From IMG/VR virus record IMGVR_UViG_2609459832_000005: 41,648 nt of DNA; one strand, given 5' to 3'. The notes beneath the pieces are model-generated. The model ran no database searches. It had not been told where the DNA came from and saw nothing but the letters and a program-made list of their open reading frames with translations. Every line of letters begins with the position of its first letter. Position 1 is the stretch's first letter. Source of the stretch: a virus (Duplodnaviria > Heunggongvirae > Uroviricota > Caudoviricetes). A program made the position numbers and the translations under genes. Of this stretch, positions 1-10,544 are shown piece by piece.

Positions 1-101
1 TGCTGTTACGTTTTGCTTTCAGCTGGATTGTGCAGTTCTGTACCGGTTTTCCTGTGCCGTCTTTCAGTACACCTGAAATCTTTACTGCCATATTCACCCC
101 A

Positions 102-129
102 CAAAAAAGCCCGCCTGAACCGGCGGGCT
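102..129 (-). terminator. Rho-independent terminator downstream of lom
   Basis: 8-bp stem AGCCCGCC/GGCGGGCT (108-115 / 122-129) with 6-nt loop; on the minus strand it is followed by a U-run (plus-strand A-run 103-108), directly 3' of the lom stop. Confidence 0.6.
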
Positions 130-155
130 GTCATAACACTGTGTTACCTGGCTAA

Positions 156-755
156 TCAGAATTTATAACCGACACCCACGATGAAACCGTCAGTGCGCCA
201 GTCACCACTGCCGGAGCCTTCATAAGCAATATCAATGGCCACGGATTCGGTCGGGTTAAACTGCACGCCAGCCCCCCACGCCAGAGACGTGTTGCTGTGG
301 CGACCGTCATCACTTCCGGTCAGCACATCGTGCTTTTTCCCCTTGTTGTCAGTTACGCGAAGATAATCCCCGGAGAAAGTCGACACACGGCTGTAAGCTA
401 CACCCGCCATCGCATACGCGCTGAACCATTCATTCACGGGCACAGACGGCCCCGCCATTACGCTGAACCAGCGGTTACGAACGGAATCTTCATGCCAGCG
501 GGTATCGCTGTAACGGGTCAGCTGGCGATTCTTGTCTCCTGCATAGCTGAATGACGTCACCAGCCCCAGTGTGTCCGTAAACTCATAACGGTATTTCACG
601 TTAATCCCGTTCAGATCATCACTGCCGGGGACGTTCGTCGAGGCATGAAGATACCCCGCGCTCAGCGTGGACTGATGTTCAGACGCCCATGCAGGCGCAC
701 CGGATACGGCCAGACAAATGGCTGCGGACAAAATTGCTGCACAAACTTTACGCAT
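156..755 (-). CDS. lom: Lom/Ail/PagC-family outer-membrane beta-barrel protein (lambda Lom-like)
   Basis: 199-aa ORF with N-terminal signal peptide (MRKVCAAILSAAICLAVSGAPAWA), C-terminal aromatic residue (..GYKF) typical of OMP barrels; sits immediately downstream of J as lom does in lambda. Confidence 0.85.
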   Translation of the reverse strand: MRKVCAAILSAAICLAVSGAPAWASEHQSTLSAGYLHASTNVPGSDDLNGINVKYRYEFTDTLGLVTSFSYAGDKNRQLTRYSDTRWHEDSVRNRWFSVMAGPSVPVNEWFSAYAMAGVAYSRVSTFSGDYLRVTDNKGKKHDVLTGSDDGRHSNTSLAWGAGVQFNPTESVAIDIAYEGSGSGDWRTDGFIVGVGYKF

Positions 756-825
756 AATTACCTCTCGCTTTTCTGCAATAAAAAAGGCGTCATTCCTGAC
801 GCCCTTTATTGGGGTTATAAATATT

Positions 826-3800
826 TCAACGAATACTGATGCCGGAAGCGGCTTTTTTGGTCACAATCACCGTACAGTCGGTGATATTGCCTGCCCCCTG
901 ATTGCCTTTCTGGAAAATCTTAAACTCCAGAGTGACGCTTCCCCTGCCACTCGGCATATCAATAACTGCACTGTAACTACCGGGAATGGCCCCTTTAGTT
1001 TCTCTGGATGCGATTAATACGCCGTTTTTGCGAACTTCAAAACCATAACCCGTGTATCGCGTGCCTCCTGGGTTATTTCCGCTCCCCGGATCGTCATACG
1101 CTATACCGTTAAAAATAATGGGCGGAATAATAATCTGGCGGTCAAAGTTATGATCATCGCTGATGGTGACTGTAACCGTACCGTTTGGTGTTTCCGTGTT
1201 ACCCCACGTACCGACTTTTTTCGGGAAGGCTTTTGATACAGCTTTAACGAAATCTCCTCTGACCTGGGTCGCCTCCAGCATGCCCTTAATCGTACAGTTC
1301 TGGTTAATCGTGACATTGTTGAGCGTTCCTGAGTTCGCATTCACACTGCCACTGATATCCGCATTTTTCGCCGTCAGTCTCCCGTCTGATGTCAGGGAAA
1401 ATGCCGGAGGATTACCGCCGCTGGTAATGGTGGGGGCCGTCAGGCGTTTCAGGAACACTTCATTCATGAATATCTGATCGCCCTGACCAACAAACATCGG
1501 CTTTGTGTTGCCATTCGCAGGATTAATCATCGCAATCCTGTCTGCTGCCAGCAGCACCTGACTCTGCATGCCGTCAGGGGTGTTCTCAATACCGGCACCG
1601 ATACCCGCAATATAAAGGCGTCCGTCCTGCATCTGCTGCAGCTTCACTGCCCACATGCTGTTCAGGTTATTATTTGTATCAACCTGAACCTTCTGTATCT
1701 GCTGGATCGCTGCACTCTGGTCTTCCAGTTTCTTATTGACGGTCTGTGTTATTTCATTGCTGACATCCGTTATGGACGTCCTGATTTCAGTCAGGTCAGG
1801 CGCAAGCTGACCGTTATCAATCTGCGTCCACAGCTCCTGAGCCAGATGGGTTTTCCCTATCTCGCCTTTGAAAAAATCCAGATAGCCTGATGCATCATCA
1901 CTCGGCTGACCGACAGCCTCCACGAATGCCGATTTGCCAACGGTGTTCACACTGCGAACGTAAAAATAATAATCATGGCCCGGTTTGATATTGATACTGG
2001 CGGCTATCCAGTACAGTGCCGTACCAAGATAACGCGCGCTGGTTTCAACCTGCCTGATATCCGCAATCCGTTTTTCCGAGAACCAGAACTCAAACTGTAC
2101 CGTCGGGTCATAAACCGCAAGATGCGGCGTGGCGGTTATCTGAAAATAGCCCGGCGTCAGCTCAATCCGCGACGGCGCTGCCGGTGCGGCAATCCGGAAC
2201 GATACCGACGCCGGATCGCCCTGCTGCCCCCACGCATTTACTGCCCGGACTGTCAGCCTGTAGTTCCCCAGAGCCAGTTGTGTGAAGCGGTAAGTGGTTT
2301 CTGTCGTCCGGGCCGTGCTGACCAGCCGCTCACTGCCGTCATCCGCTGTTACGGTCAGACGGAGCAGGAAGCTCACGCCCTTCACCACCTTCGGCGTGTC
2401 CCAGTGCGCCAGCACCTGATATTCCCCGCTGTCTGCGGTGACTTCTGCGGTCAGATGCTGCACTGCTGGCGGCGTGACACCATTCACCGTGCCGCTCTGG
2501 TCGCCGTCAAAGTGCGCCCCGTTATCCACGATGGCCTCTTTTTCCGGTACATGCTGCACGGCAGTGATGGCATACGTGCCGTCATCGTTCTCACGGATAC
2601 TCACGCAGCGGAACAGGCGCTGGCGCAACGTCGGCAACTTCAGCCCCCACAGGCTGTATTCTGCAACGCCGTCAGGAACACGGCTCACTTTTACCTTCAC
2701 GCCGTCGGTGACGGACTGGACCTCCACGCTGACCGGACTCCCCTGCCCGTCAACCAGGCTTATCAGCGTGGTGCCGGAGGCTGGCAGCGTGATTTCACGG
2801 TCGAGCGTCAGTGTCCGCGTCTGGCTGTTCACCGCCAGCACGCGCCCGCCGATGCTGATGCCCGCATAGTCATCATCGCAGATTTCAATGACATCGCCCG
2901 GTACATGGCGAAGCCCTTCTGCGCCCACGCTGAAGTCCACGGTCTGCGTTTCCAGCAGCTCCGTTTTAATCAGCCACAGCCCGGCGCGGTGTGCCTGCCC
3001 CCGGCTGGTACAGCCAAAAGCATCCATCTTCGTGACGTTACGACCGTAACGGGCAATGGCCTGCATGTCCTCCACAAGCTCTGTCGCCGTCTCCCAGCCG
3101 TTATTCGGGTCAATCCAGTTCACCTCAACGGCATTATGGCGGTCTTTCAGGGCGCTGAAGCTGTAGCGGAACGGCGCGCCATCATCCGGCATCACCACAT
3201 TACTGCGGTTATAGGTCCACACCTTATCTGATGGTCGGTCCTGCACGAACGTCAGCGTCTGCCCGTTCCATACCGGCATACAGCGCATCGCCGAGCAGAA
3301 ATCACTGAGCACATCCCACGCCTTGCGCTGTGTGGTCAGGTACGCATTACAGGTGATGCGCGGCTCCGTGCCGCCAAAGCCGTCCGGCACTGACTGGTCG
3401 CAGTACTGGCCGATGACATACAGCGCCCATTTGTCCACATCCGCCGCACCAAGACGTTTCCCCATGCCGTAGCGCGGATGGGTCAGCATATCCCACAGAC
3501 ACCAGGCCATGTTGTTGCTGTATGCCGGTTTAAACGTTCCGTCCCAGATACCGCTGTATTGCCGCGTCTGCGGGTTATAGTTCGACGGCACCTGCAGAAT
3601 GCGCCCGCGCAGATGATAATTACGGCTCACCTGCTGGCTGCCGAACTGCTCCGAATCCACCTGCACGCCGACCAGTGCCGTGTTCGGGTAGCCCTGTTTC
3701 ACATCGATGATTTCGGTGTATGACGACCAGAGCGTTTTGTTCTGCAGCTGGTCTGTGGTGCTGTCCGGCGTCATCCTGCGCATCCGGATATTGAACGGGC

Positions 3801-4323
3801 GCGGCGGCAGGTTACCCACCACCACCGAGGCCAGATACTGCGAGGTGGTTTTGCCCTTAATGGTGATGTCTTTTTCCGTCACCCAGCCACCATTACGCTG
3901 GATCTGAACCAGCAGGCGGACTTCCGACGGATTCCTGTCCCCCTTTGAGGTGGTTTCCACCAGTGCCTGCACGCCGAAGGTAAAACGCAGTCGGTCAATG
4001 TTTGCCGACGTGATGGTCCGGGTGATCGGCGTGTCGTATTTCACTTCCGTACCCAGCACCGTCTCGGAGCCGGAGGATTCAAATCCCTCCGGCGGTGTCT
4101 GCTCCTGCTCACCGGCCCGGAACACCACCGTGACGCCGGAGATATTGGTATTCCCCTCACTGTCCAGCACTGGCGTACTGTTCAGCAGCACGCTTTTTAA
4201 TCCATCCACCGGACCTTCAACCGGCCCTTCGCTGATGGCATCGATCACACTCAGCAACTGCGTGGACTTCAGGTTGTCCTTCGCTTCGCGCGGGGTATGC
4301 CCCTTACTGCTGCCTTTACCCAT
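826..4323 (-). CDS. J: Tail tip / host-specificity protein J (central tail fibre)
   Basis: 1165-aa ORF in the lambda J position after I; size and recalled N-terminal/central similarity to lambda J; C-terminal ~150 aa appear divergent from lambda J. Confidence 0.9.
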   Translation of the reverse strand: MGKGSSKGHTPREAKDNLKSTQLLSVIDAISEGPVEGPVDGLKSVLLNSTPVLDSEGNTNISGVTVVFRAGEQEQTPPEGFESSGSETVLGTEVKYDTPITRTITSANIDRLRFTFGVQALVETTSKGDRNPSEVRLLVQIQRNGGWVTEKDITIKGKTTSQYLASVVVGNLPPRPFNIRMRRMTPDSTTDQLQNKTLWSSYTEIIDVKQGYPNTALVGVQVDSEQFGSQQVSRNYHLRGRILQVPSNYNPQTRQYSGIWDGTFKPAYSNNMAWCLWDMLTHPRYGMGKRLGAADVDKWALYVIGQYCDQSVPDGFGGTEPRITCNAYLTTQRKAWDVLSDFCSAMRCMPVWNGQTLTFVQDRPSDKVWTYNRSNVVMPDDGAPFRYSFSALKDRHNAVEVNWIDPNNGWETATELVEDMQAIARYGRNVTKMDAFGCTSRGQAHRAGLWLIKTELLETQTVDFSVGAEGLRHVPGDVIEICDDDYAGISIGGRVLAVNSQTRTLTLDREITLPASGTTLISLVDGQGSPVSVEVQSVTDGVKVKVSRVPDGVAEYSLWGLKLPTLRQRLFRCVSIRENDDGTYAITAVQHVPEKEAIVDNGAHFDGDQSGTVNGVTPPAVQHLTAEVTADSGEYQVLAHWDTPKVVKGVSFLLRLTVTADDGSERLVSTARTTETTYRFTQLALGNYRLTVRAVNAWGQQGDPASVSFRIAAPAAPSRIELTPGYFQITATPHLAVYDPTVQFEFWFSEKRIADIRQVETSARYLGTALYWIAASINIKPGHDYYFYVRSVNTVGKSAFVEAVGQPSDDASGYLDFFKGEIGKTHLAQELWTQIDNGQLAPDLTEIRTSITDVSNEITQTVNKKLEDQSAAIQQIQKVQVDTNNNLNSMWAVKLQQMQDGRLYIAGIGAGIENTPDGMQSQVLLAADRIAMINPANGNTKPMFVGQGDQIFMNEVFLKRLTAPTITSGGNPPAFSLTSDGRLTAKNADISGSVNANSGTLNNVTINQNCTIKGMLEATQVRGDFVKAVSKAFPKKVGTWGNTETPNGTVTVTISDDHNFDRQIIIPPIIFNGIAYDDPGSGNNPGGTRYTGYGFEVRKNGVLIASRETKGAIPGSYSAVIDMPSGRGSVTLEFKIFQKGNQGAGNITDCTVIVTKKAASGISIR

Positions 4324-4383
4324 TCGTCATGCTCCATAAACGACAAAACCGCCCGGAGGCGGTTTCACATAAAACATTTTGCA

Positions 4384-5031
4384 TCAGCGCCCAATCACCA
4401 CAACCTGACCACCGTCCCCTTCGTCTGCCGTGCTGATCTCCTGAGAAACCACCCGCGACCCCACACGCATTTCACCGTACAGAACAGGCAAAACATTGCC
4501 CTGAGCAACCATGTTATCCAGTGAGGAAAAATAGGTGTTCTGTTTGCCGTTATCTGTACTGGCTGCCGTGGACGTCCTGGCTTTCGGTGCCAGCATCTGC
4601 GCCACACCGCCCAGGATCATACTGGCCCCTGCCGCATACATGCCCGATACAGCCGCGGCACCCAGCCAGCCCACAGGGTTCCACCATGCCACCGCAATCA
4701 ACGCCGCCCCCAGCACCACCTGAAATACACCGCCACTTTTAGCTCCCGCCAGACGCGGCACGATATGGATCACGGCACCATTTGCCAGCGGCTCATTAAG
4801 ACGGGCAGATAATTCGGTTTCACCTGCATCACGCCCGGCAATGCGCACCTGATACCAGCCGTCATTCAGTTTCTGACGAAACGCCGGGAGCTGTGTGGCC
4901 AGCGCCCGGATGGCTTCGGCCCCCGTTTTCACACGAAGGTCGATGCGGCGGCCAAATCGTTGCAAATCCCCGTAAAGGCAGATGCGTGCCATGCCCGGTG
5001 ACGCCAGAGGGAGTGTGTGCGTCGCTGCCAT
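4384..5031 (-). CDS. I: Tail assembly protein I
   Basis: 215-aa ORF; N-terminus MAATHTLPLASPGMARICLYGDLQRFGRRIDLRV and C-terminus ..VSQEISTADEGDGGQVVVIGR match my recollection of lambda gpI; position between K and J. Confidence 0.85.
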   Translation of the reverse strand: MAATHTLPLASPGMARICLYGDLQRFGRRIDLRVKTGAEAIRALATQLPAFRQKLNDGWYQVRIAGRDAGETELSARLNEPLANGAVIHIVPRLAGAKSGGVFQVVLGAALIAVAWWNPVGWLGAAAVSGMYAAGASMILGGVAQMLAPKARTSTAASTDNGKQNTYFSSLDNMVAQGNVLPVLYGEMRVGSRVVSQEISTADEGDGGQVVVIGR

Positions 5032-5672
5032 TTGTCGGTATACCTCTCTCGTTTGCTCAGTTGTTCAGGAATATGGTGCAGCAGCTCGCCGTCACCACAG
5101 TAAATGGCGGCATGATTCGGCACCGATGAACCAAAACAGCACAGCAGCACATCGCCCGGCTGCGCCGCTGACAACGGCACCTGATACAGCCCTGTGGCCT
5201 CCAGATTATCCAGATAGAGATTCTGACCGTGACGCCACCAGTCATCCCCGCGATGAAAATCCGGCATCTCAATCCCCGCCAGATGATAAGCATCCCGGAA
5301 CAGCGTGTAACAGTCCGTCACCCCGTGCTCAAAGCGCCGCCCGGTAAGATGCGGCACACTGCGGAATTTATGAATCTCACCCCGGCAGACCAGCCACCAA
5401 GGCAAATCGCTCTGCACCTGCAGCCGCCTGTCAGCCTCACTCAGCCAGGGCAGACCACCGGGGTGGCTGTGGACCAGCGCCACAATCTCACCCTGCATCT
5501 CTGACCGCAGCCAGTCCTCCGGCGACATCCGGAAATACGCCTCCGGCTCACCGGAGATATTCACGCTGGGAAAATATCTTTCCCCCTCCGGCGTTCTCAC
5601 CACGAAGCCGCACGATTCCGCTGGCGCACATCGCCGGGCGTGCGCCAGAATCGCTGATTCTGTCTGTGTCAT
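4929..5672 (-). CDS. K: Tail assembly protein K (MPN/JAB plus NlpC/P60-like domains)
   Basis: ORF track gives 272 aa from an upstream start; likely true start MTQTESAILAHARRCAP (247 aa) just after the L stop; HSHP motif (JAB-type) and C..H residues as in lambda gpK. Confidence 0.8.
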   Translation of the reverse strand: MTQTESAILAHARRCAPAESCGFVVRTPEGERYFPSVNISGEPEAYFRMSPEDWLRSEMQGEIVALVHSHPGGLPWLSEADRRLQVQSDLPWWLVCRGEIHKFRSVPHLTGRRFEHGVTDCYTLFRDAYHLAGIEMPDFHRGDDWWRHGQNLYLDNLEATGLYQVPLSAAQPGDVLLCCFGSSVPNHAAIYCGDGELLHHIPEQLSKRERYTDKWQRRTHSLWRHRAWHASAFTGICNDLAAASTFV

Positions 5673-5676
5673 GGGA

Positions 5677-6375
5677 TTACTGCGAAAGTTTGTTAATGGA
5701 AAGGAAGCCGCCAAAGTTGCCGACGTTATTGCGAAACTTACAGCCACTCAGGCATTTGCTGCATTTATCCTTCGTGATATCGGACGTCGGCTGGTCATAT
5801 TCATCAGCGACAGCCGGACCGCTATAACCGCACTCATCACCGCGATAGGTCCAGGTGCAGGTGTTGGCCAGCATGATGCGCCCCGGAAAAACAGCACCAT
5901 CCGTTTCCGTCGGTGTGGAGAGCACAAAGGAGGCACTGACCGCACTCAGTTCGCTACACTGCTCGATGCGCCAGCGGCTGATCACCTCCTGCTCCGGATC
6001 GGCGTCGCTGTTTCCGTTGACGAAGTTCACCGCATCCAGAAAACGGGCGTAAACCTTACGCCTGACCACCGTTCCGCCGACCAGACTCTGCAGGTCTTCC
6101 GCCATCCCGGTGACCATGCCGTGCAGGTTAGAGACCGTCAGTGTCGGACGGGCAGCACTGCCCTTACCGTTCAGTTCAAATCCCGTCCCCTGAATGGGGT
6201 ATGCCTGATACTGCCGCCCCTGCCAGGTGACCGGCTCACCTTTTTCGTTCTGCTCATTACAGAAAAAATAACGTTCACCACCGACCTCTGTCAGATCGAT
6301 TTCCCAGAGCACCACCTGGGCTGACTGAGTAAGGCGTGTCGTCTCATGATGTGTTTCCTGTGGAATATCCTGCAT
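5677..6375 (-). CDS. L: Minor tail protein L
   Basis: 232-aa ORF (same length as lambda gpL), cysteine-rich C-terminus, located between M and K. Confidence 0.8.
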   Translation of the reverse strand: MQDIPQETHHETTRLTQSAQVVLWEIDLTEVGGERYFFCNEQNEKGEPVTWQGRQYQAYPIQGTGFELNGKGSAARPTLTVSNLHGMVTGMAEDLQSLVGGTVVRRKVYARFLDAVNFVNGNSDADPEQEVISRWRIEQCSELSAVSASFVLSTPTETDGAVFPGRIMLANTCTWTYRGDECGYSGPAVADEYDQPTSDITKDKCSKCLSGCKFRNNVGNFGGFLSINKLSQ

Positions 6376-6384
6376 CAGGGCCTC

Positions 6385-6714
6385 CTATGCCACGACCTGT
6401 TCAAAATCTGCCGTTATGGTTACCCACAGCGCCCCCACGCTTGCCGACCATTTACGACAAACCACCCTAATCGGCTTCCAGTCATAAGGTGGCGTCCACT
6501 GAAATGCGCGGACGCCACCGTGCCGTTCCAGAAAGGCTTTCAAAGATGGGTGTTCACATTTACGAACACGTATCGTCACGCTGTAAGTCGACAACTGGTT
6601 ATTCAGTCCCACCGCACGACGCTGTTCATAACCATCGCCCAGCTTCACTGTCACCACTTTCGGCTCTGATACCACATTCATATCCGGGCGCACTTTCCAG
6701 TGAAACGTCTCCAT
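6385..6714 (-). CDS. M: Minor tail protein M
   Basis: 109-aa ORF (same length as lambda gpM) immediately after the tape measure gene. Confidence 0.8.
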   Translation of the reverse strand: METFHWKVRPDMNVVSEPKVVTVKLGDGYEQRRAVGLNNQLSTYSVTIRVRKCEHPSLKAFLERHGGVRAFQWTPPYDWKPIRVVCRKWSASVGALWVTITADFEQVVA

Positions 6715-9700
6715 TACCGATATGCTCCACTTAACCGACCACCATCACGGGCCTGCTGTTGCATAAAGTCCGCTGCCGCTTTTTTCCCGAGGTCATAAAC
6801 CACCTTCAGGGCAGCCGGACCTATCTGCCCGTTCGTGCCATCGTTATTGATCTCGATGTTGTACTGCGGGGCAAACATCGCCATACCTGAACCACCAATA
6901 TCCGCCACAACCCCCAGCTTACCGTCAGCACCACGACGCAGAGGCAGAATGGCTTCAGGCCCAGCTTCCCCCATCACACCTGCACCTTTTGCAAAAGCAA
7001 AAAACGTCGGACGGTTAACCACCGTGCCACTGTAGCGACTCAAATCAGCAGACTGATAAACACCACCATCAGCATTGGGCGTCACACTGGCAGTTGCTGC
7101 ACTCCCCCAGCCAAACGCCGAACCAATCCCCTTAACTGCCTGCATCATGGACATCTGAGCCATGATTTTTGCCAGATCAGAAAGGAGCGAGGCGGTAAAA
7201 GATTTGAAGTTCAGTTTTCCGGTGGTACAGAATGTTGCCAGTGCATTACCTGCACTATTAAATGCCGCTGTAAGCATCTGCTCCGCAGTGCCTGCCGCAT
7301 TATCCGCATCTGCCGTGAAATTCTGAAACGCCCGCATGGCACCGTTTTTCCAGTTACCCTGAGCAATTTCAAGCTGTTGCCAGTAACGGCGATTCTCATT
7401 CAGTTGCCTGTTCAGGCTCTCCGTCAGCGCCTGCTCGGCCTTTCTGTAGTCATCCGTGTTATATGTCCCTTTCTGCTCACTATCCCGCCTCAACTGCTCC
7501 AGCTGTTGCTGGTATTTCTGGCGAAGGCTCAGTTGTACCTGATATCGCTGCCGCTGCTGATCACCCATACCCACCGTGGCGATATCCAGGTCATGTTGCT
7601 GACGCTGAGCGCGCTCTTCTTCAGCCAGTTGACTGGTCAGCTGAATTGTTTTTTTCTTCAGATCGTTGAGTGCCGTCTGTTTCTGAAGCTCCTGCTGTTT
7701 TACATCCAGCAGCGTCAGTGCCTGAATCAGTTCATCTTTACGGGCCAGCACACTCTTTTCATCTGCCGTCAGCTTTTTCCCGTCCAGGTCGCTGATGCGC
7801 TGCTGCAGAGCCAGAAGCTGTTTATGCGCTTCTGTCATCCTGTCAGTGGCAATGCCTGCTGACTGTCTGGCAGCAGCAATCTGCCCTTCCACCTGTGCCT
7901 GTTGCTGGCTGTACTGCAGCAATAACCGGGTGGCCTCATCATTACGGGTTTCGCGTGTTTTTTTCTTACCGGATGCCAGGGCTTTCTCGTAACGTTCATT
8001 TTCACGTTGTATCGCCGCATCCCTGACAGCCTGATCGGCGTACTGCATGGCATTAATACGCGCAATTTCACGCTGATGTCGTGCTGCTTCCGTTTCATTC
8101 ATCCGGTTCAGTGCAGCATTTTCAGCATTACGGCGTTTCTGTTGCTCCTGATAATTCCGCTCTGCCTGCTCTTTTGCATCCTGCAAATCCTTCTGGCGTT
8201 TTTTCTCCTGAAGCTCGTTAAGACGCTGCTGATCGTATTCAACCTGAGAAGATGATGCCGTCCAGGGGAGTCTTTTCGCCCGCGATACTTTCTCCTGCAA
8301 AGTGGCAATCTGCGCATCCAGCGAATCTTCACGACCAATATTCATGGCCGCATCCCAGAACTGCTTCCACCAGTCAGACAAGGTTTGCAGCGTACTACCC
8401 AGCGCATTGAGGTTATTATCAATATCCGCAGTACGCCGACCGGTTTCCTCTGCCAGTGCAGACATGGCTATCCGTGCCGCATCACTGGAGCGCCCCTGCT
8501 CTCCAAGGACGCGTATCTGCTCAAGCTGAGTGGCAGTAAGAAAATGCAGCTCATTGTCCAGAGCCTTCGCGGCATTTACAGGATCATCCTTCAGCCGCTT
8601 AAACTGATTTATGGTATCGCTGACCGACTGGCCAACCGATCGCTCCATCTGTGCGGCAGCTCTCGCCACCATACCGATATCGTTTCCACGAAATGCACCA
8701 CTCCCCACCACCTGAGCCAGCGCACCGGCTGCAACATGTTGCGTGATACCATTCCCGGAAATAGCACGACTGAGCGTCCACAGCTGCCCGGCAGTGACTC
8801 CGGCATAATGCCCCGTCAGCGACAGCTGGCGGTTAAATTCTTCCCCCTCCTTCTGACCGTCATACCAGGCTTTACCCAGACCATAGACGGCCGCGGTAAT
8901 ACCGCCAATAACCCCGCCCAGCATCATGCCTTTCGGTGACATCAGTGTGTCTATCCATCCGGCACGGTTAGCCAGCGTTATCCCGGATCCCCTCAGCGCC
9001 CCTAAATTGCCGCGGGCCAGTTCACCTATCAGAACGCCTATCTCCTGGCGGGCCGCTGCACTTTTCAGACCCAGCGAATGCGTGGCTTTTCCTGCCCGCT
9101 CCATTTTGCGGATATACACTTCTGCAGCACTGCTTACCCCCAGCTGGGCAGCCCTGGCACGAAGCAACTCAGAAGAAGAAAGATTCTGGCGGGTTGCCTG
9201 CTCTTTAAGCTGACGGATAAACGCCACTTTCTGTCGGGTAGCCTCTGCCTCAGCCTGCGTAAGAACACGGGTTTTCGCCGTAACCTCAGAAATCAGCGCC
9301 AGATAATCCTGCTGACCAATCCCGCCACTGTTTCTGGCCTGTCGGATCTGCTGCTGAATACGCTGTAACTCCTGCAACCCCGCACTGGCCTGTTTCACAC
9401 TGTCAATCTGACGATAAAACGCGGCAGCCGCTTTATCCTGAGCCTCCGCCAGAGCCATGGCCTGTGCCTGTTCCTCGCGCATTTTCTGGCTCAGTGCCTC
9501 CATACGCTGGCGGGTTTGCTCCACCTCGCGGGCCATGCGTTCATGAGCCTGTGCGCTCTTCTCCACCGTCTGCGCATGGACGGATGCGGCTGTTGCAGCC
9601 GAAGAAGCCGCCTGCATTGTCTGCCGGGCGGCCTGAGTCTGACGCTCCATAAAACGCTGCATACGGGCAGAAGACCGTTCTGCATCGCTGGCTGCACCAT

Positions 9701-9788
9701 TCAGAAGGTTTTTGATACGGGGAATTTCATTTTTAAACTCTGCCGCATCAATCCCCAAATCAATGACCAGGTTGGCTATCTGGTCCAT
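6714..9788 (-). CDS. H: Tail tape measure protein H
   Basis: ~1024-aa largely alpha-helical, Q/R/E/A-rich protein; likely start MDQIANLVIDLGID (internal to the 1034-aa track ORF); C-terminal ..NNDGTNGQIGPAALK.. resembles lambda gpH. Confidence 0.9.
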   Translation of the reverse strand: MDQIANLVIDLGIDAAEFKNEIPRIKNLLNGAASDAERSSARMQRFMERQTQAARQTMQAASSAATAASVHAQTVEKSAQAHERMAREVEQTRQRMEALSQKMREEQAQAMALAEAQDKAAAAFYRQIDSVKQASAGLQELQRIQQQIRQARNSGGIGQQDYLALISEVTAKTRVLTQAEAEATRQKVAFIRQLKEQATRQNLSSSELLRARAAQLGVSSAAEVYIRKMERAGKATHSLGLKSAAARQEIGVLIGELARGNLGALRGSGITLANRAGWIDTLMSPKGMMLGGVIGGITAAVYGLGKAWYDGQKEGEEFNRQLSLTGHYAGVTAGQLWTLSRAISGNGITQHVAAGALAQVVGSGAFRGNDIGMVARAAAQMERSVGQSVSDTINQFKRLKDDPVNAAKALDNELHFLTATQLEQIRVLGEQGRSSDAARIAMSALAEETGRRTADIDNNLNALGSTLQTLSDWWKQFWDAAMNIGREDSLDAQIATLQEKVSRAKRLPWTASSSQVEYDQQRLNELQEKKRQKDLQDAKEQAERNYQEQQKRRNAENAALNRMNETEAARHQREIARINAMQYADQAVRDAAIQRENERYEKALASGKKKTRETRNDEATRLLLQYSQQQAQVEGQIAAARQSAGIATDRMTEAHKQLLALQQRISDLDGKKLTADEKSVLARKDELIQALTLLDVKQQELQKQTALNDLKKKTIQLTSQLAEEERAQRQQHDLDIATVGMGDQQRQRYQVQLSLRQKYQQQLEQLRRDSEQKGTYNTDDYRKAEQALTESLNRQLNENRRYWQQLEIAQGNWKNGAMRAFQNFTADADNAAGTAEQMLTAAFNSAGNALATFCTTGKLNFKSFTASLLSDLAKIMAQMSMMQAVKGIGSAFGWGSAATASVTPNADGGVYQSADLSRYSGTVVNRPTFFAFAKGAGVMGEAGPEAILPLRRGADGKLGVVADIGGSGMAMFAPQYNIEINNDGTNGQIGPAALKVVYDLGKKAAADFMQQQARDGGRLSGAYR

Positions 9789-10089
9789 AACGCACACCTC
9801 CGGAAATACCTTCCCCAAGATGCATCAGTTCTTCGTCCGTTCGCTCCGGTATCCCGTTCTCTTCCGGTAAAAGGCTGAAATCAGCCACCGCAGCATCACT
9901 GCTGCCGGACACCATTCTCACGATCAATGCCTTCAGCGAGGCAAACTGCGCATCCATCCACACATCACTGAAGCTCTGCATCCGGAAATAATCGCCCCAC
10001 TCACCAAGCTCAGTGGCCGACATTTCCGACAGCATCCGCCGCCAGTCTGCCCGCCGGAACTCCCGGGCAAGCCGCATGACAAACTGCAT
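9760..10089 (-). CDS. T: Tail assembly chaperone T segment (expressed as G-T fusion by -1 frameshift)
   Basis: ORF in the -1 frame relative to G, overlapping the G 3' end and the H start; the T frame stays open for ~8 codons upstream of the G stop, consistent with the conserved G/GT programmed frameshift. Confidence 0.65.
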   Translation of the reverse strand: MQFVMRLAREFRRADWRRMLSEMSATELGEWGDYFRMQSFSDVWMDAQFASLKALIVRMVSGSSDAAVADFSLLPEENGIPERTDEELMHLGEGISGGVRYGPDSQPGH

Positions 10090-10097
10090 TTCCCGCG

Positions 10098-10526
10098 TCA
10101 GGACTTTTCCGGCGTCAGCACCTCATGCTCCAAATCCCCGGCATTCTCAATGGCTCCCATACCGCTCAGCGACAGAACCATCTCCGCCCCCGCTCCCAGG
10201 GCATCATACGACCATGTTGTAATAACGGATGCGCAAAGCGTCTCAACATCCTGAGACTGTTCCGCATTCCACAGTGAGCGGGAAACCAGCCAGGCATTGA
10301 TATCCATCCCCATCCGCAGAAAAGCAATCTGTCGTTCAGCCTCCGGCAGTTCTCCCTCTTCGGCATCAAACTTTGCCGTTCGCTGCTGAACAAACGCCAG
10401 ATATTCAATTCTCTGCAGCCCGGACAGCTCACTGAGCACCACGGACTGCTTTTCATAATTAAACGTGCCCTGTTTCAGAAACATCATGTTCTCCACCTGC
10501 AAAAAAGCCCCGGATAATCGGGGCAA
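10098..10526 (-). CDS. G: Tail assembly chaperone G
   Basis: 142-aa ORF between V and T/H (lambda gpG is ~140 aa); acidic protein; synteny. Confidence 0.75.
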   Translation of the reverse strand: MPRLSGAFLQVENMMFLKQGTFNYEKQSVVLSELSGLQRIEYLAFVQQRTAKFDAEEGELPEAERQIAFLRMGMDINAWLVSRSLWNAEQSQDVETLCASVITTWSYDALGAGAEMVLSLSGMGAIENAGDLEHEVLTPEKS

Positions 10527-10544
10527 ATGATGAGTATCGTCCTG

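Noticed and set aside
1975-3231. 418-aa plus-strand ORF (and other long plus-strand ORFs at 2438-2869, 7377-7862, 8385-8939) inside the J and H genes
   Set aside because: They lie antisense to clearly recognisable tail genes in GC-rich DNA, have Arg/Pro/Cys-rich compositions typical of antisense-frame artefacts, and lack plausible starts; treated as spurious.
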